Assembly (NCBI RefSeq): GCF_006345805.1
Contig: NC_043017.1
Span: 25,544,001 to 25,608,000 of the forward strand
DNA from: Octopus sinensis
Taxonomy: Eukaryota
Direction of reading: 5' to 3'
DNA length: 64,000 nt
Of the stretch, positions 24,906 through 38,199 are shown piece by piece (the first letter of the stretch is position 1; every line of letters starts with the position of its first letter). The notes beneath the pieces were generated by a model. The model was given only the letters and a program-made list of their open reading frames with translations. It did no database searches and was not told the DNA's origin. The position numbers were made by a program, and so were the translations under genes.

Positions 24906-25105
24906 TATAGTTAATCCAAACAAGAAAGCACAAAAAAACACAACAACGCGAGGACGTGGAACAAATATAGTATTATTGGACAGTCAGGAAAGAAGGAGAG
25001 TTTAATGTTTCGAGCGGAGCTCTTCGTCAGAAACATAGGAGAAGGAAAGATCCAGAGAAGGGAAGACAGAGGAAAAAAATCGCCAACAGTACACACGCGG
25101 TCACA
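24906..25105 (-). mobile_element. Hammerhead-bearing element family C (~200 bp); other copies 31726-31937, 36660-36860, 50404-50610
   Basis: All copies start tatagttaatccaaac next to (TA)n and share ggacgtggaac...gagcggagctcttcgtcagaaac. Confidence 0.8.
25000..25034 (-). ncRNA. Minimal hammerhead-like motif (family C)
   Basis: Minus strand: GUUU-CUGACGA-A-GAGC UCC GCUC-GAAA-CA-UU-AAAC; stem III CA is probably a CpG-decayed CG (inference). Confidence 0.55.
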
Positions 25106-25109
25106 CAAC

Positions 25110-25186
25110 ACACATATATATATATATATATATCTATATATATATGTATATATGGGTGTGTGTGTGTATATATAATATTGTGTGTG

Positions 25187-25218
<32 letters not shown>

Positions 25219-25232
25219 TCTATATATATATG

Positions 25233-25277
<45 letters not shown>

Positions 25278-25408
25278 ATATAGATATATCTATATATATA
25301 TATATAGTATATATTATATATATATATAGTATATATATATGTATATATTATATATCTGTATATAGATATGTAATATATCTGTAATATATATATGGAGATA
25401 TATATGTA

Positions 25409-25441
<33 letters not shown>

Positions 25442-25539
25442 ATATATATATATATATATGTAATATATATGGATATATATATATATATATATGTATAATA
25501 TATATATATATATTATATATATGTACTATATTATATATG

Positions 25540-25573
<34 letters not shown>

Positions 25574-25577
25574 GTAG

Positions 25578-25610
<33 letters not shown>

Positions 25611-25700
25611 TATATATATATGTATCATATATGTATATATATATCTATTGTATATATATATGTATATATAGAATATATATATATGTATATATATATATAG

Positions 25701-25743
<43 letters not shown>

Positions 25744-25750
25744 TATAATG

Positions 25751-25801
<51 letters not shown>

Positions 25802-25985
25802 ATATGTATATATATATATATACTGATATAATATATATATATGTATAATATATATATATATATATATATAATATATTTTATATATATATATATAATATAT
25901 ATATATTATATATTATGTAATATATATATGTATATATATATATGTATATATATGTATATATATATGTGTATAATATATATTATAT

Positions 25986-26016
<31 letters not shown>
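25110..26016. repeat. ~0.9-kb degenerate (TA)n tract
   Basis: Directly visible; similar tracts at 6800-7015, 19965-20200, 45050-45450 and 59730-60360. Confidence 0.95.
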
Positions 26017-26017
<1 letters not shown>

Positions 26018-27510
26018 CCAGATGAACCAGCCTCACGGCAAGAGGTGCAAATGAGAGTAGCTACATCAAACTCCATTCTTGACCAAGTGCCACATATTAG
26101 AGGAGGCCCTTTGTAATAACAGTGTAGCACAAAACGTCCTGCTGGACCTGATGGTTTCGCAGCAATCCTCCTCAAATTGTGTAAGTATGCCCTGGCAAAA
26201 CCCCTCCAGATTCTCTTCAAGTTCAAAAGTGCTTTTACCACCCCGTTGGAACACAGACAAGCGAACGAACCAGTGGACTTCTTTGCCGCCTCACCTATAA
26301 CCAGCGAGGCTGTTACAATAGAATACATTGACATTAGCGAAGAAGATGTCCTACTAGCCATAGATGAAGTGGATACAAACTCAACTGCTGGTCCTGATGG
26401 TTTTCCAGCAATCCTCCTCAAATTGTGTAAGTATGCCCGTGCAAAACCCCTCCAGATTCTCTTCAAGTTCAAAAGTGCCTTTACCACCCCGTTGGAACAC
26501 AGACAAGTGAAAGAACCAGTGGACTTCTTTGCCGCCTCACCTATAACCAGCGAGGCTGTTACAATAGAATACATTGACATTAGCGAAGAAGATGTCCTAC
26601 TAGCCATAGATGAAGTGGATACAAACTCAACTGCTGATCCTGATGGTTTCCCAGCAATCCTCCTCAAATCGTGTAAGTATGCCCTGGCAAAACCCCTCCA
26701 GATTCTCTTCCAGAGCTTTCTTACAAATGGCAAACTGCCAAGCAAGCTGAAGAAGGGAATAATATGCCCAATATATAAAGGGGGAAGTAAAGCAGATGCC
26801 AAAAACTATAGGCTTATCTCTCTGACTTCACACCTCAGCAAAGTCATGGAATAGATAGTCAGAGGGAAACTAATTGCAATCCTTGAAGAAAATAACTTGC
26901 CGAGTGATACCCAGCATAGTTTTCGACCAGGTAGCAGCTGCCTCACCCAGCTCTTACAACATTATGACTGGGTGTTGAGGCAGTTATTCAAGAACTCGAA
27001 TGTGGACATAATATACCTTGATTTTGCAAAAGCTTTTGACAAGGTGAATCATGGTATGATATGAAACAAACTGCGTGACCTCGGCATAGCTGGAAAACTT
27101 GGAGAGTGGTTACATGACTTCCTGAAAGATAGAAGTCAGGCAGTAGTGGCTAATGGTGCCACCTCTATGAACACACAAATAGTGAGCGGTGTTCCACAGG
27201 GCATTGTCTTGAGACCACTGATTTTCATAGTGGCCCTCTCAGATATGCCCTCAAATGCCCGGATAGCCACCCTTGCAGGCTATGCAGATGATACGAAAGT
27301 CTCACAGAAAATACAGAACCCCAGTGATGTTGCACACCTGCAGCAGGAGTTGGAATCAATTTACAGATGGGCTAAGGATAATAATATGCAGTTTAATGCT
27401 GAAAAATTTCAAGCCCTGCACTACCAGCATCCAAAACTGAATATGAAACTTACAGTGTGCACCTGTCCACAGGGAATTTCAATCCCAGAGCCTAAGTCAG
27501 TGAGGGACTT
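26017..27510 (+). pseudogene. Decayed CR1/L2-group LINE reverse transcriptase with internal 246-bp in-frame tandem duplication
   Basis: Motifs QHSFRPGSSCLTQLL, YLDFAKAFDKVNH, SGVPQG and YADDTKV in one frame, with in-frame stops at ~26852 and ~27062; repeat starts at 26139, 26385 and 26631; preceded by a LINE 3'-end fragment at 26017-26138. Confidence 0.9.
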
Positions 27511-27802
27511 ATAAAAAAGCACCATACAAGCATGGTCGATGCCAGTTCCACATAAAGAGCACCATTCAAGCTTAATCGATGCCAATGCCGCCTGACTGGT
27601 CCTGTGCCATGTAAACAGCACCCACTAAACTCACAGAGTGGTTGGTGTTAGAAAGGGCATCCAGCTGTAGAAACTTTGCCAGATCAGATTGGAGCCTGGT
27701 GCAGCCTTCTGGCTTGCCAGCCGTCAGACAAACCGTCCAACCCATGCCAGCATAGAAAACGGACGTTAAACGACAACGACGATGATGATGATATATATAT
27801 AT

Positions 27803-27966
27803 AGGTGCAGGAGTGGCTGTGTGGTAAGTAGTTTGCTTACCAACCACATGGTTCCGGGTTTAGTCCCACTGCGTGGCATGTTGGGCAAGTGTCTTTTACT
27901 ATAGCCTCGGGCCGACCAAAGCCTTGTGAGTGGATTTGATAGACGGAAACTGAAAGAAGCCTGTTG

Positions 27967-28006
<40 letters not shown>

Positions 28007-28205
28007 AGTGTGTCTGTGTTTGTCCCCCTAGCATTGCTTGACAACCGATGCTGGTGTGTTTACGTCGCCGTCACTTAGCGGTTCGGCAAAAGAGACTGAT
28101 AGAATAAGTACTGGGCTTACAAAGAATAAGTCCTGGGGTCGATTTGCTCGACTAAAGGCGGGTGCTCCAGTATGGCCACAGTCAAATGACTGAAACAAGT
28201 AAATG
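27803..28205 (+). mobile_element. SINE family 1, full length
   Basis: Complete head-to-tail match to 13828-14232. Confidence 0.9.
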
Positions 28206-28818
28206 AGAGTATATAGAGAGAAAGTTTTTTTTCTTTCCTCATATTCCTAACTTTCTTTGTCTGTGTAAAGTAAATAATACAATTTAGTGCGTTTCTCTTC
28301 TTTGACGCATCTTTCTCTCATCTTGCATGTGTTGTTGGTACACACACGATATATCTCCATCAGCATTTAGTCTGTGGAGAGGAACAGATCAGTCGTTAAT
28401 CACATTAGATACACTCATTAAATAGAATTAAATGTCTGTCTTAGTTCGATCACCGACAGATGATTGGAGAGAAATTTTGAACATGTTGTTGACACAATGT
28501 TTTAATTAAGAAATAGTCTCGAATAAGTAGACACCACCATGAAAACGAAAAGAGAGGAAAAAAAAATGTTTGGTTTGGTAGGAAAAGAGCAGACTATGTC
28601 TTGTGGTAGTCAAATGTAATTTAATAGAATAATTATTAATAATTTTGAGAAAATGGTGACTGTACTGGTTGAGTATACTTGCTTTGCTACTTTGAAAGAT
28701 TTCCAAGCAATTTCATATGCATACATGCATGTGTATGTGTGTGTGTGTGTATGTGTGTGTGTGTGTATATATATATATACATGCATATGTATGTGTGTGT
28801 ATATATATATCTATATTT

Positions 28819-28859
<41 letters not shown>

Positions 28860-29329
28860 CATGCATGTGTATATATATATATATATACAAATGTATACAT
28901 ACACATGTATGTGTGTATATATATACAAATGTATACATATGTCAATGTGCTTTTATGCACATATATATATGTGTGTGTATATATATATATATATAGATAT
29001 ATATGTTTATATATATGTATACACACACATGTATATATATGTGTGTGTGTGTGTTTTAGATATATATATATGCCAGAGTAAGCACATAAATGTGAAACAA
29101 GGTGGAAAAAGAATACTGAAATACCAGAGGTAGATTTATTTAAATACAGCAAAAATATAACAGCTTTTGTTATATTTCTGCTGCTCTTAAATAAAGTATG
29201 AGTGTGTATGTATATATATATATATATATATATACACATACACAGACATAAATGCACATATATAATCATGTATGTACAAATGTATGTGTATTGATATATA
29301 TGTATGCACATATCTGTATATGGACATCA

Positions 29330-30340
29330 TCATCATCATCATCATTTAACGTCCGCTTTCCATGCTAGCATGGGTTGGACGGTTCAACTGGGGTCTGGGG
29401 AGCCCGAAAGCTGCACCAGTCCAGTCAGATCTGGCAGTGTTTCTACAGCTGGATGCCCTTCCTAACGCCAACCACTCCGAGAGTGTAGTGGGTGATTTTA
29501 TTGTGCCACCGACACAGGTGCCAGACGAGGCTGGCAAACGGCCACGCTCGGATGGTGTTTTTATGTGCCACCGACACAGGTGCCAGACGAGGCTGGCAGA
29601 CGGCCACGCTCGGATGGTGTTTTTATGTGCCACCGACACAGGTGCCAGATGAGGCTGGCAAACGGCCACGATCGGATGGTGCTTGTTACGTGCCCACAGC
29701 ACGGAGGCCAGTCGATGCGGTACTGGCTATGGCCACGTTCAGATGGTTTTCTTGTGTTACCACAAAGATACAAATTCCATTGATGTTCATCTATTTTGAT
29801 TTGTTTTGATTTTCACTTGCCTCAACAGGTCTTCACAAGTGTCACAAGAAGGAAGGTATGCACAGGTGGACTGACTACGTCCCAGGTAGGGGCCATGGGT
29901 TATGGCCTGACTAGTCTTGCCGGGTCTTCGGATGGTGTTTTTATGTGCCACCGACACAGGTGCTAGATGAGGCTGGCGAACGGCCACGATCGGATGGTGT
30001 TTGTCATGTGCCCACCGCACTGACTACAGCACTGATGGATTTCTTGTGTGCCACAGGCACTGGTACCACAAGATACAAATTCCATTGATGTTCATCTATT
30101 TTGTCTATTTTGATTTGATTTGATTTGATTTTCACTTGCCTCAACCGGTCTTCACAAGTGTCACAAGAAGGAAGGTATGCACAGGTGGACTGACTAGTCC
30201 TGCCGGGTCTTCGGAAGGTGTTTTTATGTGCCACCGACACAGGTGCCAGATGAGGCTGGCGAACGGCCATGATCGGATGGTGTTTGTTACGTGCCCACAG
30301 CACGGAGGCCGGTCGATGCGGAACTGGCTACGGCCACGTT
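29330..30340 (-). mobile_element. Long composite (GAT)n-tailed element with internal 62-bp GC-rich minisatellite
   Basis: gtgccaccgacacagg units at 29503, 29565 and 29627; mirror copy at 41872-43030. Confidence 0.8.
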
Positions 30341-30458
30341 TATATATATATATGTGTGTGTGTGTATGTGTGCATATATATAGGTATATATATACCAGAG
30401 TAAACACATAAATGTGAAACAAGGTGGAAAAAAGAGTACTCAAATACCAGGGGTCTAG

Positions 30459-30508
30459 CAAAAACTGTCCGACGAACGGGAACGTGAAACTCAGAGTAAC
30501 AGGTTTTG
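30459..30508 (+). ncRNA. Hammerhead-like motif family B (CCGACGA core variant)
   Basis: CAAAAACUGU-CCGACGA-ACG GGAA CGU-GAAA-CUC A GAG-UA-ACAGGUUUUG; stem I pairs 9/10. Confidence 0.5.
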
Positions 30509-30549
30509 TTGAATTTTCTGCTGCTTTGAAATAAAGCATAGGTATATAC

Positions 30550-30590
<41 letters not shown>

Positions 30591-30946
30591 TCTTATAATT
30601 TGTATTCTTATCTTATATGCATTGAATTATAAGATATATATGTATGCTATTGATTTTCTCATTTTGTTGAATGAATAAATAATCCAACATTCTAACATCC
30701 GAAAGTTGATGAACAAACTAAATTTGCTTCTCCATTTTCCTATTTGTATTATAAATTTACGGTAAAAATATTTCTTTACCTTCACCCGTTTAATACAATA
30801 AATGAGTTAATTGCATCACAATTAAAAACATTTATGTATTAAGAATCTGGGTACTTTACCAACAGTATATTGGATAAATACTATCCCTTAGTGGGTTACA
30901 CACATAACCCCTAACTTACTTTGTATATATATATATATATATATAT

Positions 30947-31716
30947 ACTAGCATTAAAGACCCGTCATTGCCGGGTCATAGTGCTAGTGCATGTATATAT
31001 GTGTATATATATGTGTACATATTACATGTACATCTATATATATACATCTACACATAAAATGCAAAATACAAAGTTATATCTTGATATCGCTAGTGATAAC
31101 AATACTCAAAATATATAACAGACTGGAATTGTTATCTCTTCTTTTTTCTCTACATTGTATACTTTATAGACAATAGTCTTTTCTTTAATTTAATTTTTTA
31201 TTATCCATCTGGACTATTCCATTTCTGTGCGCTAATTTTATTTTTAATTTATTCCCATTCATGTGAAACCACTTATTCAAGTTCAAATCATTGATGCAAT
31301 TTTATACCAATTGCTATTTTTACTTTTGTTATGTTACAATTATATTATACTTTAGTTTGATTTTAATTATTACTTACTACATATAATTCAATTGTTATTA
31401 TTATTCTTATTGTTAAAGTGAAAGCATCTGACATAAAATAGAGAAATGTTTTTGTTTCACTTTTAACACGTAATACTGAAATAGTGGAGAAGATATGGTA
31501 TTGCTATGGGCTCGCTCTAGGCAAGAAGTTGAACATTCTTTTTGCCCATGAAACTACATAGACCCTAAGTAAGGCATGTGTAAAATTTGAATGAAATTGG
31601 TTGTGTAGTTCTCAAGTTTTAGGGAATCGTAGTGGAGAAGATATGATATTGCTGTGGGCTCACCCTAGGCAGACAGACAGACACACACACATTCTCAGTT
31701 TTATATATATAAAGAT
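30947..31716 (+). mobile_element. Helitron/Helentron-like non-autonomous element
   Basis: 5' ACTAGC with gacccg..cgggtc hairpin; 3' acagacagac...tatatataaagat, the usual architecture of HINE/Lep1-like elements. Linkage of the two ends is inferred. Confidence 0.5.
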
Positions 31717-32699
31717 ATGTATATATATAGTTAATCCAAACATGAAAATACCCAGAGAAAACACAACAACACGAGGACGTGGAACAAATATATTATTATT
31801 AGACACTCAGGATGGAAGGGAAGAAGGAGGGTTTTATGTTTTGAGCGGAGCTCTTCGTCAGAAACATAGGAAAAGGAAAGATCCAGAGAAAGGAAGATGG
31901 AGAAAAAAAAATCGCCAACAGTACACATGAGGTCACATTATGAATATATGTGTGTGTATATATATACATATATATATGCATGTACTTGATTGTTAGGTAC
32001 AAAGACGACACAAATTATTTACCGTATTGGAAATAATATCATGAGAATGAATAATAATTTTGGTCAAACATTGATTGCAACAGGTGTGCAGTTGTTTCAC
32101 TTCTTTCAAAGATTTTCACACAGTTTGAAACTTGGCACAGATACTTAACCCAGGAGGTGACAGCCTGAACAAGAAAGGGTTGTACCACTATTGGGGTGGC
32201 ACTTTATAATGTCTTTTGTCCTATCCGGGTCGATAAAATAAGTACCAGTTGAGCACTGGGCTTGATCTAACCAACTTAGCCCCCTCTCCAAAATTCCTGG
32301 CCTTCTGTTAAGATTTGAAACCATTTCAAACTTATTACAGTGTAGGAGAGAGAGAAAAAAAAGGGAGCAAAAAATGGAGGGAAAGTGCAAAGTTATTGGT
32401 GAGACCTAAGCAAATTTTCACAGACACACAGACAAGTTTCAATCAGTAATATATTGCCCAGCTGTGTGCAGTCCATCAATCACTGTCCCCACACCTTCCT
32501 CCCACTCTGTATGTGGACCTATATATCTTTCTGTCCCTTCTTTGCTATGTCACCAAACGATAATTATCTTTGATCTCTTCAGAACTTACTCATATGATAT
32601 GATGCCACCTATGTCTGCAACACCAATCACATCTCACCTTTTTTTTTTTTCCTTAATTTTTGACCTTCTCTTTCCATCAATCTTTCAGACAGCATCTCA

Positions 32700-33460
32700 C
32701 TTTCTAGACCCTCTACGTTGCACAGCTTTTTTTTTTTTTCTCCCGACCAATTTTGAACAACAGGTATCCTTCCTCTCTCCCTCTCCACCTTCTGAAATTC
32801 CTGGTTCCTAACCCTAACCACAACCCCAACCCAGCTAATGATTCATTGTGGCCCACCAACACAAATACATCCAGTCTTCCAATCTTGACCCTATATGTTG
32901 CACTGTACATTTCTTTTTCTTCCGACCAATTTCAAACAAGTATCCTTCCTTCCGGAATTCACTGCTCCCAACCCTAACCCCACTCCTGCCTGCCACACAA
33001 ACACCTCCAGCCTTCTTATCTTGACCCTTTTTATAATGAACACAGCACATTTCTTTTTCACCTGATCAATTCTGAGCAACAGGTACTTTACCTCCCAACC
33101 CTAACCGCAAGCCTAACCCAGCTAATGAATCACTGTGGCCCACCAAGCAGACACCACCAACCTTCTGATCTTGACCCTATATAATGAACATGGCACATTT
33201 CTTTTTCACCTGACCAATTCTGAACATAAGGTACTTTACCTCCCAACCCTAACCCAGCTAATGAATCACTGTGGCCCACCAAGCAGACACCACCAACCTT
33301 CTGATCTTGATCCTATATAATGAACACAGCACATTTCTTTTTTGTCTGACCAATTCTGAACAACAGGTACTTTACCTCCCAACCCTAACCACAAGCCTAA
33401 CCCAGCTAATGAATCACTGGCCCACCACGCAGACACCACCAACCTTCCAATCTTCACAAC
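32700..33460. repeat. ~136-150-bp tandem repeat with aaccctaac motifs, graded divergence
   Basis: cacatttctttt at ~33046, ~33193 and ~33331, with more diverged units to the left. Confidence 0.85.
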
Positions 33461-34180
33461 TTCAATCAGAACATCAAATCATAAATTTTATAATCTCAAC
33501 CCAGCCTGCACCAAACTGACCCTGTCTCAAGCCACCGCCCACAAGAAATTTCTGGGAAAAAAAACCCCACCAAAAACAAAATTATGAGAAATGACACATG
33601 TCGTGGGAGGGTTTCTAGCCCTCCTCCACTAATTTGTATTTTAAAACTCTCAAACTCCATAAGTAGTTTATCTGTTGTTCACAACACCACCACAACCAAA
33701 CCACGCCATTGACTACAACAGAACATTACTTGCAATTTAGTTTCTTTTTAATTTCCTTCTTGCCAACAATATATATTACAGGAGAGGAGGTTGTGGGGTG
33801 GGGTGGGAGCCAAGGGTTCTCAGCCTCATCCCTCTACCATTTTCTTTACATTTTCTACATTTTTCTTTTTTTTTACTGTAAAACTATTTCTGCAGTTTAT
33901 CTATTCAACAGTGAATATAATAGAATATTATCTGTGCTTATTTTTTTTCATTTTCTTCTCAATAACAGTATATGTTACAATAAAGGTGGGTGGTGGGCGT
34001 TGAGAGTTCTTAGCCTCCTTCCCCCACTTCTATTATTATTATTATTATTATTATTTTTACCTGAGACTACTTGAGTAGTTCATCCATTCTTGATTAATGC
34101 AGAAATCAAAACCTTCCCAGTGTCTTAGAGAATACAATAGAATATTTATCTCTATATGTGAGTGTATATGAATATATGTT

Positions 34181-34236
<56 letters not shown>

Positions 34237-34478
34237 AAGATAATTATATGTATATATATACATAAATATACATATATATATATACACACACACAAAGATA
34301 AATATATGTATATATATATATACATACACACATGCATACATACATATATGTATATATCCATACACATATACATATGTCTATACATACACACATATTGATA
34401 AATATCTATGTATGTATACACAAATAAATATATGTATATATTCACACGCACATAGATAAGTATATAGGTATACCTATG

Positions 34479-34510
<32 letters not shown>

Positions 34511-34554
34511 CATACACCCACCCACACAAATATACATATATATACACACACATA

Positions 34555-34607
<53 letters not shown>

Positions 34608-35054
34608 CTTCCTTTTTTTAATTAATTTTTCTTTCTCTTCTAGAAAACAAGACAGAAAAATGAGCTGAAAAGAAAAACAGCTTGATTTAAGAGTGAAAGA
34701 AATATCAGTGCATTTGATTACTTGTTTGTTTCTTGTTGCTTTTAATTCTGTTTTTCTCTCTGTCTTGTCTTTTTTTTTTTCGCTCCTATATTCTTACTCA
34801 AAGAAGAGAAGATCTTGGAGTTTATTACTGCTGACATAGTTCAAACCTTTTCAGTTTCTGTTTTGTTTTGTATAAATCCTTCTATTGTATCTGCAAATTC
34901 TTTTCATTTCTTCTCTAGCATACAACAATTCCACTTTGGAAATAAAGCTTATCTATTTAAAATTATTAACAAAAAAAAAAAGAGAAAACCAAATAAAAAA
35001 GGGTAAGAAAAATAATTACAAAAGTTTCTATCTTATTTTTCTTTTATATTATTA

Positions 35055-35810
35055 TATGGAGATGCAGCTGTGGCAAGAATTTCAACTTCTCAACCATATG
35101 GTTCCAGGTTCAGTCCCACTGCGTAGTAGTCTGGGCAAGTGTCTTCTACTGTAGCCCCAGACCAACCAAAGATCTGTGAGTAGATTTAGTGGATGGAAAC
35201 TGAAAGAAGCCTGGCGTATAACTTTATGTATATTTGGCATTAGGAAGAGCATCCGGCCATAGAGACCATGCCAGAGAAGGCTGGAGTCTGGTGCAGCTTC
35301 TCAGCTTGCCAGCCCTGTTCAAAGCATGCAACCCATGTCAGCATGGACAACGGTCACTAAATGATGATGATGATGATGATGATGGCACAGGAATTGGCTG
35401 TGTGATAAGAAGCTTGCTTCCCAACCACATGGATCCAGGTTCAGTTCCACTCTAGCCTTGGGCCAACCAAAGTCTTGTGCGTAGATTTATGATAGTAGAT
35501 GGAAACTGAAAGAAACCTGTCGTATATATATATATATATATCCACACATATACATGCTGTATATATTTATATATGTATATGCGTGTGTATGTGTGTGTGT
35601 ATATGTTTGTGTGTCTGTGTTTGTCCTCCCGCCAATATCACTTGACAACCGATGGTGTTGTGTTTACACCCCTGTAACTTAGCGGTTCGGCAAAAGAGAC
35701 TGATAGAATAAGTACTGGGCTTCCAAAGAATAAGTCCTGGGGTCGATTTGCTCGACTAAAGGCAGTGCTCCAGCATGGCTGCAGTCAAATGACTGAAACA
35801 AGTAAAAGAG
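35055..35810 (+). mobile_element. Cluster: SINE1 head, (GAT)n element, SINE1
   Basis: Recognisable family segments in succession. Confidence 0.75.
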
Positions 35811-36857
35811 TGACAGAGAGTACAAGAGTGAAGAGATGAGTGAGGAGGGCAAGAGAAGTTGGGGATAGAGGCTTGATCTGTCCTGATATGAATAACTGAC
35901 CGATTGTGTTGAATTGAAAATATAAAAAAACACAGAATACAAAACAAAAGAAAAACAAAACAAAAATCAAACGATGAATTTCATCATCCTCATCATTGAT
36001 TAACGTCCATCTTCCATGCTGGCATGGGTTGGAGAGTTTGACAGGAGTTGGCCAGGTACGAGCCTGCACCAGACACCAGTGTCGGTTTTGGCATGGTTTG
36101 GATGTCCTTCCTAACACCAATCACCCAGCAGAGTAGACAGAGTGTGCTTTCTATGTGGCACCAGCACAGGTGAGGTCAGTTTTGGCATGGTTTTTATGGC
36201 TGGATGCCCTTCCAAATGCCAACCACTTTACAGTGTGGACTGGATGCTTTTGCTATTTGAGAGAGAAGGATTGAGAGATACTCTGTAAATCAGTACCACA
36301 TTCACCTGGCAACAGATACATGGCTCGGGTCTGTCATCGAATATCAGGATACCATTTTGATTCTTTTCTTTTACTTATTTCAGTCTTTGGATTGAGGCCA
36401 TCCTGGGGCACCACCTTATCCTATCGGTTTTATTTGCTAAACTGCTAAGTTACAGGGATGCAAACAAACCAACTCTGGTTGTCAGGTGGTGGTGGGATAT
36501 AAGCAAATACACAAAGACACAAACATATATATATGTGTGTGTGTGTATGTATATATATAAGAGATAATGGTGTCATTGAGACCCAAAGGTGTCAGGTAAT
36601 GCTGAATAAGTGCTATAGACAGAACATAGTATGGAACTTAACTATATGTATATATGTATATATATAGTCAATCCAAACATGAACAAGCAAGAAAAAACAA
36701 CAACATAAGGATGTGGAATAAGTACAGTGATATTGGATGCTCAGGAAAGGAAAGAAAAGAGGATTTCACATTTCAAGCGAAGCTCTTCATTAAAAATATA
36801 GAAAAAGTCCAAAGAAGGGAAGACGGAGAAAGAAAATAGCCAATGATACACACACGG

Positions 36858-36890
<33 letters not shown>

Positions 36891-37699
36891 ACAGACTCTT
36901 TTCAGCTTCTGTCTACCAAATCCACTCACAAGGCTTTTGGTCAACCCAACACTATAGTAGAAGACATTTGGTCAAGGTGCCACACAATGGGACTGAACCT
37001 GGAACCACATGACTGGGGAACAATGTAGTTGGAGTACCACATGGCTGGGAAGCAAACTTCTTACGATACAGCCATGCCTGTACCTTGAAAGATCTCAACA
37101 CTTAACTTATAATTACCCCCGTCAACTGACACTGTTCTTGAACAACAGTTGTGCATCTGCTGCATTGGCACCCATCTAGGCACTTGACATGCACTGTGCA
37201 CTTCCCACCAGATAATGAACCACTGCTTCGCAATGACCCGATCCCATCTCCATCGAGTGAGCAAGGAAGCTACAGAAAAGCACCATTAAAAATCCTTGTT
37301 CTATATTATATAGACATACACACACACACACATATATATATGTAGGTAGATACCTATTTCTTTACTACCCACAAGGGGCTAAACACAGAGAGGACAAACA
37401 AGGACAGACAAACGGATTAAGTCGATTATATCGACCCCAGTACGTAACTGGTACTTAACTTATCGACCCCGAAGGGATGAAAGGCAAAGTTGACCTCGGC
37501 GGAATTTGAACTCAGAACGTAGCGGCAGACGAAATACCGTGAAGGATTTCGCCCGGTACACTCACGTTTCTGCTGGCTCGGCACCTTATATGTAGGTAGA
37601 TACTGCTTCTAGCTACCTTGGATAGGCAATTTCAGTAGCTCATTCTCATTTGCATTCCAAGCTGGAGTTTTAGTGGTAAACTAATCTAAGCACTTATTG

Positions 37700-37870
37700 T
37701 ACATACCTACTCATATATTACAGTTCTATATTTAAGAGAGGAGGAATTATGTACATTATTTACATTATTTACATTATTTATATTTGATAGATATTTGTTC
37801 TCATCTTGTTTGTTGTTGCTTGGTGTTAACAACAAACAAGATGAGGGCAAATATCCATTAAATGTAAATA
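37700..37870. mobile_element. 3' part of family D as unit plus inverted partial copy
   Basis: aacaacaaacaagatgag..caaatatc..taaataatgtaaataatgtacataattcctc matches 57120-57200; arms are inverted around 37818-37822. Confidence 0.75.
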
Positions 37871-38199
37871 ATCTACTAATATATGTTGATTGATGTATAC
37901 TTCTTGCAACTCCTCTATATAAAATCTTGTCCACACTGTGAAGTGGTTGGCATTTGGAAGGGCATCCAGCTGTAAAAACCACACCAAACTGACCTTGCCT
38001 GTGCTGGTGTCACAAAAAGCACTCAGACCACTCTGCAGCATGGTTGGTGTTAGGAAGGGCATCCAGCTGTAAAGGTCATGTAAAATCTTGTAAAAACAGA
38101 CACACCAGCCTAGGTTAGTCTTCTACCTGGTCAGCTCCTATGAAACCATCCAACCCATGCCAACATGGAAAGCAGATGTTAAACGACGATGATGATGGC

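Noticed and set aside
26177-26854. Functional reverse transcriptase gene
   Set aside because: In-frame stops at ~26852 and ~27062, no endonuclease region, and truncated at 27510.
23705-27510. Twin-priming 5' inversion linking the minus LINE (23705-24497) and the plus RT fragment (26139-27510), which meet at the same SVRDL position
   Set aside because: The overlapping ~50 nt differ at many positions (different subfamilies), so they cannot come from one insertion.
29503-29700. Hammerhead reading of the 62-bp minisatellite (CAGAUGA-GGCUG..CGGCC)
   Set aside because: The core is CAGA rather than CUGA, no GAAA follows the stem, and there is no stem I/III pairing.
32800-33420. Interstitial telomere
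   Set aside because: Only isolated one- or two-copy CCCTAA motifs within a longer unit; no (TTAGGG)n run.
34643-34960. Additional exons near 34643 (+, KTRQKNELKRKTA*) and 34790-34950 (-); similar candidates at 44690-44800 and 45647-45740
   Set aside because: Each has one good splice site, but stops or weak partner sites and no linkable neighbour; not supportable.
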